Assembly: GCA_950097015.1 (NCBI GenBank)
Contig: CATNEN010000002.1
Coordinates: forward strand, 7,378,001-7,442,000
Reading direction: 5' to 3'
Origin: Macrostomum hystrix
Taxonomy: Eukaryota > Animalia > Platyhelminthes
DNA length: 64,000 nt
Part shown: piece after piece, positions 24,790 through 61,500 of the stretch
How the letters are laid out: every line of letters starts with the position of its first letter
Numbering within the stretch: the first letter of the stretch is position 1
The notes under the pieces: generated by a model
What the model saw: only the letters and a program-made list of their open reading frames with translations
Databases searched by the model: none
What the model was told of the DNA's origin: nothing
Made by a program: the position numbers and the translations under genes

Positions 24790-26348
24790 AAAGTTTTAAA
24801 ACTTGAGTTATTGCGTCCAAGAAGATGAATTTTTATTTAAAAATCTGTTCTGGTTGGCTTTTAATAAAACAAATTAGTGGAACCTTAGCAAATGAAAACT
24901 GTAAAAATGACATAAAATTCTAACCGCATTTGTATTTTAGCTATTCGTAGTTTATCATGCCAAACCGTACTACTTCTGTAAGTAGAACGCATGGCAAAAT
25001 ATCAATGGGAAAAATTATCGTTTTATCAATTTAAACACAGTTTTTAAATAGCCATTGTATTATTTTGAAGGGGTTTTAGGGGTATACCAATCGAGACTTA
25101 TTGTTGCGCGCTTCAAATGTCTATGGTAAAATGTTATGTAATAAAAAATAATATATATTCCTTTGAGAAGTTTTACCATAGAGTGGACTGCTTCGCTTCG
25201 CTTGTCTGTGGTAAATCGAATCCGACCTAGATTCTATATGGCTTCGCGCCCTCGGTGCAAATGCATTCGTGCACTCATAGCCGTTCATCACTTATACATT
25301 CTCCATATGCATTGTATGAGTTTGGGCCACCTCTTACCCATAGACAGTTTAAGCGTGCAACAATCGGATTGAAAGACAGACCTCAATGTAATCACCAAAA
25401 ATGATACAGTGAACTCATTCTGAATGATGAAATAGTGCAACATGAATGCAAATTTCAATTCCAGTGGATTTGAGGATATAAATTGATGAAGAATGGTCAA
25501 CTTGGGCAGGCAGTGAGCAGCCAGTCTCTCATTTTACTGAGCTTAGATTAGTCAGCGCTTATCGTGAATTCAATGAAAGGTAAACAATACGAAATAATTC
25601 AATCACTGCGGGAGAATAGGCTTTCAAACTGTCCCCCATCACAATTGGGAAGAGAATAGGGTCAAAGGTTGCCCCCAGTCTGGACACATTAATTAAAAAA
25701 CGGTTTCCCATTGGGACGGGATAACAGACAGGAGGGAGGGGAGGGGAGACACTCAATGCCGCGCTAATACAGGATTCTATGCCATATAGAATCTAGGCCG
25801 GATTCGATTGGCTATAGAATGCCATAGACATATTTCTGTTTCAGAGTAGTCTCAGAAATACAGTTTATCATCTAGTGAGGGCTACAACACAGCTGCATGG
25901 CTTCAATTTATGTGAATGCTGTAAATAGAAATCCTGGGTATTCAATGTACACGGATGCTAGATATTAAAGTCCTTGGATTTATAGTTTGCATTATCTACT
26001 CGGCTTTTAGTTGCAAATTGGGTTCGAACTACTAAATACAGCATTCGAGATTCTTAGATCTAGAATGCCATGGTCTCGACCAACCTACGGCCAACGGCCT
26101 GATCGTTTCACTTCATTCCTGCCCTCGCGCTGAAGTGGCCAATCTTTCACTGCCAGAGTGGGCCATCCAATCAAAAGGCACGGGCCAGAGCTGAGTTGAG
26201 TGAGTGCCAATCCAGAATATCTGTCTGGCTCCACAAACACTCCACAGCCTCACCAAACTCTCCCATCCAGTGGCCCTTTAATAAAAAACGAATTCCCATC
26301 GGCACCGTTCAAGAAACTGCCAGTTCGCAAGTCCGCAGAAGCTGCAGA

Positions 26349-49018
<22,670 letters not shown>

Positions 49019-49994
49019 ACTGCAACGGCTTCCGGAAGCAAGCTACTGAGTTTTCTGCAACAAAAAACTTCAGAAAGAGTTAATTGAAGTATGAGAAAAT
49101 GGCCCTGGTTTGGAAAGTTATATTCCGTCAAACAATTCTGATACCATTGTCATGATAATAGGTAATTTGCTTTTCTAATCCGTGACTTATTGCTTGATTA
49201 CTAAAATTAATTTACTATGTGTTTGAAATTATTTATTTTTATTGACAACTGTAATTAGAAATTTTCAAATAAAAAATAAAAAATAACTACTCAGCAGCTG
49301 TGGAAGGAAAAGTATTTAATTTAAGATGACATAAAATCCCTTAAACTAATTGTTTAATCAAACAATTGTTAATCTAGCTTTATGTTAAAAAATGGAGTAG
49401 CATTTTTCGATTCAGGAAATTGTCACTATAATTCTGTACGCTTAGCTTTTGCTACATTACGCATTAAAACTTCAAATACCTTACTTTTTTTGCTTGAATA
49501 CGATTATCTAATACTATGCAATTTCTGCTTCATATTGCTGGTCAGACACGGACATACTCCAGAATTTCATTATTCTCCCCAGTATATCAACTCAAACACC
49601 TCCACTAATTGTATGTGAATCTACTTGTATTTCTGCTGTTTCTTTGGCTTGCTTCGAAGCGCAGCTATATGCTACTTATTGCGATGCTTAGTAAGTAGCA
49701 TGGATAGAAATTTTGTCAGAAATTTATTGATGATTGTCCACGCACTAAAGAACTCAATTTAACTGATCAAAGCAAGGAAATAAACAGTGCAGTATATACT
49801 CATGATGTACTACTACATAATTGATATATTATAGTACTATTGCTCTGAACTTAAATATCAACACACTTACTCGTATTTGTGTTTTGCCTTATACAGAATA
49901 TACAAATTACGACAACACAACTGAGATTAGCATCACTACTCAATAGAACTAATCAGTCTAATACTCGTACATCCCAACTCAATCTGACATCCAA

Positions 49995-52900
49995 CAAACA
50001 AATCCCTACTCAGTCAAACAAATCCCTACTCAGTCAAACAAATCCCTACTCAGTCAAACAAATCCCTACTCAGTCAAACAAATCCCTACTCAGTGTAACA
50101 AATCCCTACTCAGTGTAACAAATCCCTACTCAGTGTAACAAATCCCTACTCAGTGTAACAAATCCCTACTCAGTCTAACAAATCCCTACTCAGTCAAACA
50201 AATCCCTACTCAGTCAAACAAATCCCTACTCAGTCAAACAAATCCCCACTCAGTCAAACAAATCCCTACTCAGTCAAACAAATCCCTACTCAGTCAAACA
50301 AATCCCTACTCAGTCAAACAAATCCCTACTCAGTGTAACAAATCCCCACTCAGTCAAACAAATCCCTACTCAGTCAAACAAATCCCTACTCAGTCAAACA
50401 AATCCCTACTCAGTGTAACAAATCCCCACTCAGTCAAACAAATCCCCACTCAGTCAAACAAATCCCCACTCAGTCAAACAAATCCCTACTCAGTCAAACA
50501 AATCCCCACTCAGTCAAACAAATCCCCACTCAGTCAAACAAATCCCCACTCAGTCAAACAAATCCCCACTCAGTCAAACAAATCCCCACTCAGTCAAACA
50601 AATCCCTACTCAGTCAAACAAATCCCCACTCAGTCAAACAAATCCCTACTCAGTCAAACAAATCCCTACTCAGTCAAACAAATCCCTACTCAGTCTAACA
50701 AATCCCCACTCAGTCTAACAAATCCCTACTCAGACTAACAAATCCCTATTCAGTGTAACAAATCCCTATTCAGTGTAACAAATCCCCACTCAGTCTAACA
50801 AATCCCCACTCAGTCAAACAAATCCCTACTCAGACTAACAAATCCCTATTCAGTGTAACAAATCCCCACTCAGTCTAACAAATCCCTACTCAGACTAACA
50901 AATCCCTACTCAGTCTAACAAATCCCTACTCAGTCTAACAAATCCCTACTCAGTCTAACAAATCCCTACTCAGTCTAACAAATCCCTACTCAGTCTAACA
51001 AATCCCTACTCAGTCTAACAAATCCCTACTCAGTCAAACAAATCCCTACTCAGTCTAACAAATCCCTACTCAGTCTAACAAATCCCTACTCAGTCTAACA
51101 AATCCCTACTCAGTCAAACAAATCCCCACTCAGTCAAACAAATCCCTACTCAGTCAAACAAATCCCCACTCAGTCAAACAAATCCCTACTCAGTCAAACA
51201 AATCCCTACTCAGTCAAACAAATCCCTACTCAGTCTAACAAATCCCCACTCAGTCTAACAAATCCCTACTCAGACTAACAAATCCCTATTCAGTGTAACA
51301 AATCCCTATTCAGTGTAACAAATCCCCACTCTGTCTAACAAATCCCCACTCAGTCAAACAAATCCCTACTCAGTCAAACAAATCCCTACTCAGACTAACA
51401 AATCCCTATTCAGTGTAACAAATCCCCACTCAGTCTAACAAATCCCTACTCAGTCTAACAAATCCCTACTCAGTCTAACAAATCCCTACTCAGTCTAACA
51501 AATCCCTACTCAGTCTAACAAATCCCTACTCAGTCTAACAAATCCCTACTCAGTCTAACAAATCCCTACTCAGTCAAACAAATCCCTACTCAGTCTAACA
51601 AATCCCTACTCAGTCTAACAAATCCCTACTCAGTCTAACAAATCCCTACTCAGTCAAACAAATCCCCACTAAGTCTAACAAATCCCTACTCAGTCTAACA
51701 AATCCCCACTCAGTCAAACAAATCCCTACTCAGTCAAACAAATCCCTACTCAGTCTAACAAATCCCTACTCAGTCTAACAAATCCCTTCTCAGTCAAACA
51801 AATCCCTACTCAGTCTAACAAATCCCTACTCAGTCTAACAAATCCCCACTCAGTCTAACAAATCCCTACTCAGTCAAACAAATCCCTACTCAGTCTAACA
51901 AATCCCTACTCAGTCTAACAAATCCCTACTCAGTCTAACAAATCCCTACTCAGTCAAACAAATCCCTACTCAGTCTAACAAATCCCTACTCAGTCTAACA
52001 AATCCCTACTCAGTCTAACAAATCCCCACTCAGTCAAACAAATCCCCACTCAGTCTAACAAATCCCTACTCAGTCTAACAAATCCCCACTCAGTCAAACA
52101 AACCCCCACTCAGTCAAACAAATCCCTACTCAGTCTAACAAATCCCTACTCAGTCTAACAAATCCCTACTCAGTCAAACAAATCCCCACTCAGTCAAACA
52201 AATCCCTACTCAGTCAAACAAATCCCTACTCAGTCTAACAAATCCCCACTCAGTCTAACAAATCCCTACTCAGACTAACAAATCCCTATTCAGTGTAACA
52301 AATCCCTACTCAGTCTAACAAATCCCTACTCAGTCTAACAAATCCCCACTCAGTCAAACAAATCCCTACTCAGTCTAACAAATCCCCACTCAGTCAAACA
52401 AATCCCTACTCAGTGTAACAAATCCCTACTCAGTCTAACAAATCCCTACTCAGTCTAACAAATCCCTACTCAGTCTAACAAATCCCTACTCAGTCTAACA
52501 AATCCCTACTCAGTCAAACAAATCCCCACTCAGTCTAACAAATCCCTACTCAGTCTAACAAATCCCCACTCAGTCAAACAAATCCCCACTCAGTCAAACA
52601 AATCCCCACTCAGTCTAACAAATCCCTACTCAGTCTAACAAATCCCCACTCAGTCAAACAAATCCCCACTCAGTCAAACAAATCCCTACTCAGTCTAACA
52701 AATCCCCACTCAGTCAAACAAATCCCCACTCAGTCTAACAAATCCCTACTCAGTCAAACAAATCCCCACTCAGTCAAACAAATCCCTACTCAGTGTAACA
52801 AATCCCTACTCAGTCTAACAAATCCCTACTCAGTCAAACAAATCCCTACTCAGTCAAACAAATCCCCACTCAGTCTAACAAATCCCTACTCAGTCTAACA

Positions 52901-53865
52901 AATCCCCACTCAGTCAAACAAATCCCCACTCAGTCAAACAAATCCCTACTCAGTCAAACAAATCCCCACTCAGTCAAACAAATCCCTACTCAGTGTAACA
53001 AATCCCTACTCAGTCTAACAAATCCCTACTCAGTCTAACAAATCCCTACTCAGTCTAACAAATCCCCACTCAGTCTAACAAATCCCTACTCAGTGTAACA
53101 AATCCCCACTCAGTCTAACAAATCCCTACTCAGTCTAACAAATCCCCACTCAGTCAAACAAATCCCCACTCAGTCAAACAAATCCCCACTCAGTCTAACA
53201 AATCCCTACTCAGTCTAACAAATCCCCACTCAGTCAAACAAATCCCCACTCAGTCAAACAAATCCCTACTCAGTGTAACAAATCCCTACTCAGTCTAACA
53301 AATCCCTACTCAGTGTAACAAATCCCCACTCAGTCAAACAAATCCCCACTCAGTCAAACAAATCCCCACTCAGTCTAACAAATCCCTACTCAGTCTAACA
53401 AATCCCCACTCAGTCAAACAAATCCCCACTCAGTCAAACAAATCCCTACTCAGTGTAACAAATCCCTACTCAGTCTAACAAATCCCTACTCAGTCTAACA
53501 AATCCCTACTCAGTCAAACAAATCCCCACTCAGTCAAACAAATCCCTACTCAGTCAAACAAATCCCCACTCAGTCAAACAAATCCCTACTCAGTGTAACA
53601 AATCCCTACTCAGTCTAACAAATCCCCACTCAGTCAAACAAATCCCTACTCAGTCTAACAAATCCCCACTCAGTCAAACAAATCCCTACTCAGTGTAACA
53701 AATCCCTACTCAGTGTAACAAATCCCCACTCAGTCAAACAAATCCCTACTCAGTCTAACAAATCCCCACTCAGTCAAACAAATCCCTACTCAGTGTAACA
53801 AATCCCTACTCAGTCTAACAAATCCCCACTCAGTCAAACAAATCCCTACTCAGTCAAACAAAGTC
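49995..53865. repeat. 3.9-kb 20-bp satellite (AAATCCCTACTCAGTCAAAC)n
   Basis: About 190 units with a strict 20-bp register and variation at a few fixed positions. Confidence 0.99.
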
Positions 53866-54364
53866 CTGATCCGTTCAATAAATCCCAGTATAACAAGTGA
53901 AATGAGAGAAGCCAATAAGAAAACAACAGAATCGCGTCGAGTTTCAGCAACAGTGATTCCAATAACAAATCGGCACAATTTATCTACTAATGCACAACAT
54001 GCAGATGATAACAGTAGGTAGGAATTTCTAAATTCAAAATCAGCAAAGGTGCAATTGCAGTTAGTGTGCCAGTTTACCTATTATTTATATCTTGATTAAG
54101 TAAACAGTCAGGCCAGATTGGCCTAGCTATGAAAAACTAAAATTCCAACGAAGCTTTTATGGGATAATGATGAATCAGAAACAATACAAGAAGAAGCTCG
54201 TATTGACAGATTTCAACTATAATTTATCTCACAAACTAAATTTTGAACTCATTTATGCCATTGTAGAAATTTCAAACACACTGTACAAGCTAATTAACAT
54301 TCTCAGATGGATTGCTCAACTGAACATAAGATCAATTATGGAATAAATCATTAACGCTTTAGGA

Positions 54365-54955
54365 TTCGGTTTGGGATAATGAAGCTTCAGTTTGGGATAA
54401 TGAAGCCTTAGTTTAGGATAATGAAACATTACTTTAGGATAATGAAGCATCCGTTTGGAATAATGAAGCCTTAATTTAAGATAATGAAGCTTTAGTTTGG
54501 GATAATTAAGCCTTAGTGTAGGATAATGAAACCTTATTTTAGGACGATAAAACTTCAGTTTGGGATAATGAAGCTTTAGTTTGGGATAATGAAGCCTTAG
54601 TTTGGGATAATGAAGCTTCAGTTTGGGATAATGAAGCTTCAGTTTGGGACAATGAAGCTTTAGTTTGGGATAATGAAGCCTTAGTTTGGGATAATGAAGC
54701 TTCAGTTTGGGATAATGAAGCTTCAGTTTGGGATAATGAAGCTTCAGTTTGGGATAATGAAGCTTTAGTTTGGGATAATGAAGCCTTAGTTTGGGATAAT
54801 GAAGCTTCAGTTTGGGATAATGAAGCTTCAGTTTGGGACAATGAAGCTTCAGTTTAGGATAATGAAGCTTCAGTTTGGGATAATGAGGCTTCAGTTTGGG
54901 ATAATGAAGCTTCAGTTTGGGATAATGAAGCTTCAGTTTTAGACAATGAAGTTTC
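54365..54955. repeat. 21-bp minisatellite (GATAATGAAGCTTCAGTTTGG)n
   Basis: Period 21. Contains the palindrome TGAAGCTTCA. Confidence 0.95.
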
Positions 54956-55510
54956 AATGAGACAATAAAACTTCAGAACTGTATAGCGAAAATTCAGTTT
55001 AGGAAAATTAAAATTCAGTTCAGGAAAATTAAAATTCAGTTTAGTATAATGAAGCCTTTGATGGCAAAAATGTAGATGGATTGTTCATAGCAGAATGAAG
55101 CATGTTTTAGGAGATTAAATAACGCGGACAGGGCCTTAAAAATCCCAATTAAGGATCGAATCAGGATGATGCAATGCAAGCTAACAATGGCTTCAACACA
55201 ATTGCTTGGCTATTGGCTGCAGATGTTGCAGAAAAAAATAAATAGCTTGTAATAGCGGACAACAGCAACTGTTAAGCCTAGTTACTAAAGCAGGAAGGGC
55301 TGTGTGCATTGAATACTCGGGCATGAACTTTTACTGAGCACAGAAAAAATAGATAAGCACTAGTCAGAGTTTCCGTTAAATAAATTCCAGAAAAACACAT
55401 TGATCAGACAGACAAAAGTGAATTAATCAACAGTAAGACAGGACATTAATTATTTACAAAATTAACAATTGAGACAGAAGGCAGCACAATTCCAAATCAG
55501 TTCTCAGTTC

Positions 55511-58500
55511 TCAGTAGACCCAATTCACTGGCACCCACTGGTGCTTTGTGTGCACCAGATCAACGCACTGCTTCAGCTGGGCGATGGTGTCCTCGATGTC
55601 ATTGTTGATGATCTTCAAATCGAAGTAGTGCCCATAGTGCCTCTCCAGCAGCTCGCTTTCCTTCGCTAGACGCTCCAGACTGCCGTCCTGCGGATTGCAG
55701 AGATTGGCAGCGAGATTGCTGTTGGAATGCGGCCTTCTGGATTGGGGGTCAGCTGACCTTCTGGATTGGGGTCCTCTGACGTTTTGGATTGGGGGTCAGC
55801 TGACGTTCTGGATTGGGGGTCAGCTGACTCTCTGGATTGGGGAGTCAGCTGACTTTCTGGATTGGGGGTCAGCTGACCTTCTGGATTGGGGGTCAGCTGA
55901 CCTTCTGGATTGGGGGTCAGCTGACGTTTTGGATTGGGGGTCAGCTGACGTTCTGGATTGGGGGTCAGCTGACTCTCTGGATTGGGGAGTCAGCTGACTT
56001 TCTGGATTGGGGGTCAGCTGACCTTCTGGATTGGGGTCAGCTGACCTTCTGGATTCGGAGGTCAGCTGACCTTTGGATTGGAAGTCAGTTGACCATCCGT
56101 ATTGGGGGGTCAGCTGACGTTTTGGATTGGGAGTCAGCTGACTCTCTGGATTGGGGGTCAGCTGACTCTCTGGATTGGGGAGTCAGCTGACTTTCTGGAT
56201 TGGGGAGTCAGCTGACTTTCTGGATTGGGGAGTCAGCTGACTTTCTGGATTGGGGAGTCAGCTGACTTTCTGGATTGGGGAGTCAGCTGACTTTTTGGAT
56301 TGGAGGTCGGCTTACATTCAGTATATGTAAATAAGGTGACCATCAGTATATGGGGGTCACGTGACCTTCAGTATAAGGGGGTCAGGTGACATTAAGGGGT
56401 TGGAAGGTCGGGTGATAGGCATTAACAGCGGCTCACATTGAGTCCGTGCACGTCGCTCATTGCGCTGAGCTCAGGAGCCGCAATGAAAACAACGTAGGGC
56501 GCGAACTCGGCAGTTCGCAGGACGCGCAGAGCCTGCGGCTCAACATCCAGGATGGCCACCTTGCCGTGCCGGTGAATCTCTCGGATGGTGTCCAGCTTGG
56601 TGCCGTACATGGCGTCCTCGTGCGTGCCATACTCCAGGTACTCATTGTTAGTGATGTCCCGCATCATCTCTTCTCGGCTGACAAAATAATAGCTGCGGCC
56701 GTTCACCTCATTCTTGGCTGGTGGCCGGGTTGTGTCTGCGAGGAGGTTGGGATTTACAAGGCATTGCTAAGTTCATTCCTAGATAGGCGATAGAATGGAT
56801 TGCTAGTCCATTCCTAGATAGGGGATAGAATGGATTGCTAGTCCATTCCTAGATAGGGGATAGAATGATTGCTAGTCTATTCCTAGATAGGAGGATAGGA
56901 TCGATTGCTAGTCTATTCCTAGATAGGAGGATAGGATGGATTGCTAGTCTATTCCTAGATAGGAGGATAGGATCGATTGCTAGTCTATTCCTAGATAGGA
57001 GGATAGGATCGATTGCTAGTATATTCCTAGATAGGAGGATAGGATGGATTGCTAGTCTATTCCTAGATAGGAGGATAGGATCGATTGCTAGTCTATTCCT
57101 AGATAGGAGGATAGGATCGATTGCTAGTCTATTCCTAGATAGGAGGATAGGATCGATTGCTAGTCTATTCCTAGATAGGAGGATAGGATGGATTGCTAGT
57201 CTATTCCTAGATAGGAGGATAGGATGGATTGCTAGTCTATCCACCAAGGATGACTGAATAAAACGGATTGCAAGGCTACTCCAAAAGATTGATAAAGTAC
57301 AACACAGAGTCAGGCAGCTCACGCGGTATAGGATAGGCGAATCTGTCCTGGGCGGCCTGTATGAGTGTGTTTTTGATGTGCCGCCTGCCAACGCCGTGAG
57401 CTCCCAGCAGCACCAGAGTCTTGCGCCGGAAATTCGTCAGCTGGACAACCTCCTCGTAGGTGACCATCTCCAGCTGGTCGTAGGCTGCCGTGGCAAACTG
57501 CTGCTGCTGCTGCTGCTTACCCGTAGCGCCGACTCCGCGTTTCCCGCCGGACTTGGTGCCCAGACGCCGGCCGAACGAGAACAGGCCGGTGCAGTTGACC
57601 GTGTCCTTCTTCGATCTTTCAATGGCATTGCAGGCGGCGCGCCACTCTTGCAGCTCAGGCGACGGGATCAGACTGGCCGGAGTGTTGCTGGGGGCGTTCC
57701 AGGCCCGCGCCTGTGGGAGTGGAGAGATACAAAAGCGCTAAAGTCAAAGTGGGTCTTGTGTCAAGGTGAGTCGTGGGTCAAGGTAAGTCCTGGGTCAAGG
57801 CGATTTTTCGGACAAGGCGAGTCTAGGGTCAAGGCGAGTCTTGTGTCGAGGTGAATCTTGGGTCAAGGCGAGTCTTGGGTCAAGGCGAGTCTTGGGTCAA
57901 GGCGAGTCTTGGGTCAAGGCGAGTCTTGGGTCAAGGCGAGACTTGGGTCAAGAGGTAAGTCTCGAGTCAACTATTAGCATGGCGCACCTGCCACCAGTGG
58001 TGGTCGTCCTTGCTGATGACCTGCAGAATGTCGCCAACGCGAAACCGGATGCCGGCCTGAGGACACGGATGCACATCGTCCTCTTCCGGATTGTAGTTGA
58101 ACATCGCCTTGACGTAGATCTGCGGGCGCGGGGACTAAGTACTTTAATTTGCACTTTTAAACTAAGAAACATAACATATTGTTTTTAAAACGCTCACAAA
58201 CTACTACTGAAGTCTTGCTAGGTAAGGAGTAACGTCAGCATTTTAATAAATAAATAATTTAAATTTACTTACCTTTATAGAAACCTAAAGTTTTTGCTTC
58301 ACGACTAACAGTAAAAAATACTCGTAGAACTACATTTTTATTGGCAGTAAAACAATTACAAAAATCATTTTTACATAACAAAGAACGCAAACAACAAAAA
58401 ATTTTTTTTTTAATTTTTTTGCAGAAACTGGGATGATGAGCAGAGGATCTGGGATGTTGATTTAAGCAACATGGGGATCTGGGATGTTGATTTAAGCAAC

Positions 58501-61500
58501 ATGGGGATCTGGGATGTTGATTTAAGCAACATGGGGATCTGGGATGTTGATTTAAGCAACATGGGGATCTGGGATGTTGATTTAAGCAACATGGGGATCT
58601 GAGTTGTTGATTTAAGCAACATGGGGATCTTGGATGTTGATTTAAGCAACATAGGGATCTGGGATGTTGATTTAAGCAACATGGGGATCTGGGATGTTGA
58701 TTTAAGCAACAAGGGGATCTGGGATGTTGACTTCAGCAACATGGGGATCTGGGATGTTGATTTAAGCAACATGGGGATCTGGGATGTTGATTTAAGCAAC
58801 ATGGGGATCTGAGATGTTGATTTAAGCAACATGGGGATCTGGGATGTTGATTTAAGCAACATGGGGATCTGGGATGTTGATTTAAGCAACATGGGGATCT
58901 GGGATGTTGATTTAAGCAACATGGGGATCTGAGTTGTTGATTTAAGCAACATGGGGATCTTGGATGTTGATTTAAGCAACATAGGGATCTGGGATGTTGA
59001 TTTAAGCAACATGGGGATCTGGGATGTTGATTTAAGCAACAAGGGGATCTGGGATGTTGACTTAAGCAACATGGGGATTTGGGATGTTGATTTAAGCAAC
59101 ATGGGGATCTGGGATGTTGATTTAAGCAACATAGTGACCTGAGATGTTGATTTAAGCAACATGGGGATCTGGGATGTTGATTTAAGCAACATGGGGATCT
59201 GGGATGTTGATTTAAGCAACATGGGGATCTGGGATGTTGATTTAAGCAACATGGGGATCTGGGATGTTGATTTAAGCAACATGGGGATCTGGGATGTTGA
59301 TTTAAGCAACATGGGGATCTGGGATGTTGATTAAGGCAACATAGTGACCTGAGATGTTGATTTAAGCAACATGGGGATGTTTAAGTGTATCGAACTAATC
59401 TGAGGATCTGAAAGTTTTGCTATGCAACACAAAATCAAGCAAAGCAGAAAACTACGAAATCAAAGAGTCGAGGAATCAAGACACTGAGCTAACACATTAA
59501 CTGGTGAGTAATTAACAAAGGCCAGGTGGCTGCAGGAACGCCAAGTGGGCAGGTAGGGATAGCCATACCTCACACTGCATGGGGTGGTTGCGGTAGCTGG
59601 GCACTATTTTCAAAGTGACGCTGCCTCGAGCCTCTTTCTGCAAGTGCAAGGAGTTTTTGTGTTTATGTTTTGAAGCCGAAGGGTTCAAGATGATGTAGTC
59701 AAAGCACTCCGATTGGCCAGTCTGTGATATCAGTTTTATAAAGACATTCTCAACACGCCTGTGTCAGCATCCGTTCATTAGAAGTTGCAGGTTCAGTGAC
59801 AGCTAACAACTGAGTCCCTGAAGTTGTTGAGGGTAACAACTGAGTCCCTGAAGTTGTTGAGGGTAACAACTGAGTCCCTGAAGGTGTTTAGGCTAATAAC
59901 TGAGTCCCTGAAGTTGTTTAGGCTAATAACTGAGTCCCTGAAGTTTTTTAGGCTTATAACTGAGTCCCTGAAGGTGTTTAGGCTAATAACTGAGTCCCTG
60001 AAGTTGTTTAGGCTAATAACTGAGTCCCTGAAGTTTTTGAGGCTAATATCTGAGTCCCTGAAGTTGTTGAGGCTAATAACTGAGTCCCTGAAGTTGTTGA
60101 AGGTGAGACCAGAGTCCCTAAAGTGACTGAGGCTAACAGCTAAGTCTCTGAAGTGACCGAGGCATGAGTTCAAAATGAAAAGCTTCACTACGTCTGGGTC
60201 GGAAGCGTCAATCAATAGTTAAGAACTTTAAATAATACTTGCAAGGGCAGAAATAGACGACATGCACCTTAAGTTTAAAGTTTAGAGCGATATATAAAAT
60301 GATAGTTATAGATAAATCAGTTGCTTTGTCACCTGACACCCACAATTTGAAAGATAAACACCACGTAGCGCTATGTGCAATAATTTTCTACTTGATACGT
60401 TCTGCTCAATGACAACAGAACGGTTAGTCTGAAATTTGAATTCGCGCCAAAATAGATTCAAGTCTAGTTTTGTAAGCTTAAATTTAGCTTAAATGACAAT
60501 TTACGTTTCTTTCTACTTGTAGTAGAGTAAAAGGCGTTTAAGACTGCTAATTTTGGTCAGTGTTTTGTCGAAAAACGGAAAAAAATTCTGATTTATTCAA
60601 GTAAGATTTTGTTATAAACCATACTTGGCGCGAATTCAACTAGCATTTAGCAGCAAGTGAGTAAAAATCGATAATCTGAAGCAATTAAAAATCAATAAAT
60701 GTGTTCAGTAAATCTACTGGATAGATATAAGTACAAAAGCCTGTTAATAATTTTGCACCCGAGAAACTGACATTGTGCAATCAACGGGATAAACGTGAAT
60801 AGAAAAAAGCATTACAAAGCATATTATTATGACAGCAGTCTCTGTTTCTCTGTGACTTCTAAAATTCTTATTTTAGAATATTCAGGTTTCAAAAGCGGCG
60901 AGTGTTATTTCGTAGCTGAAGCAGAATGGATTATTTTCACAGAGGGTTTGCAAACGATGTGACAGCTTGGTAAACACGAGAACAATGTGAGATGCTTTTA
61001 CCAGAGCTGGTCAGTACACTGCATCATAAAAATCTTTCTCCTATTCTATTCCCAGTTCAATTCCTCACATCTCCTAGTTCTATTCCTTATGTATCCTAGT
61101 TCTATTCTTCATATTTTCCAGTTCTGTTCCTCATAACTCAGTTCTATTCCTCATATATCCCAGTTCTATTACTAATATATCCCAGTTCTATTCCTCATAT
61201 CTCCTAGTTCTGTTCCTCATGTCTCCTAGTTCTATTCCTCATATTTTCCAGTTCTGTTCCTCATGTTTCCTCGTTCAATTTCTCATATATCTTCGTTCTA
61301 TTCCTCAAGATCCCAGCTCTATTCCTTATCTTCCTGTTCTATTCCTCATCTCCCTGTTCTATTCCTCATCTTCCTGTTCTATTCATCATCTCCCAGTTCT
61401 ATTCCTCATCTCCCTGTTCTATTCCTCATCTCCCAGTTCTATTCCTCATCTCCCTGTTCTATTCCTTATCTCCCTGTTCTATTCCTCATCTCCCAGTTCT

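Noticed and set aside
49995-53865. CRISPR-like regular repeats
   Set aside because: Contiguous units with no unique spacers, no cas genes, and a eukaryotic context. The same applies to all other arrays.
58410-59312. 300-aa ([10 protein letters not shown])n ORF, and similar ORFs at 54316-54957, 61219-62238, 63224-63989, 45559-45974, 47057-47534, 48358-48799 and 56849-57391
   Set aside because: Stop-free frames arising from intronic tandem repeats of host genes.
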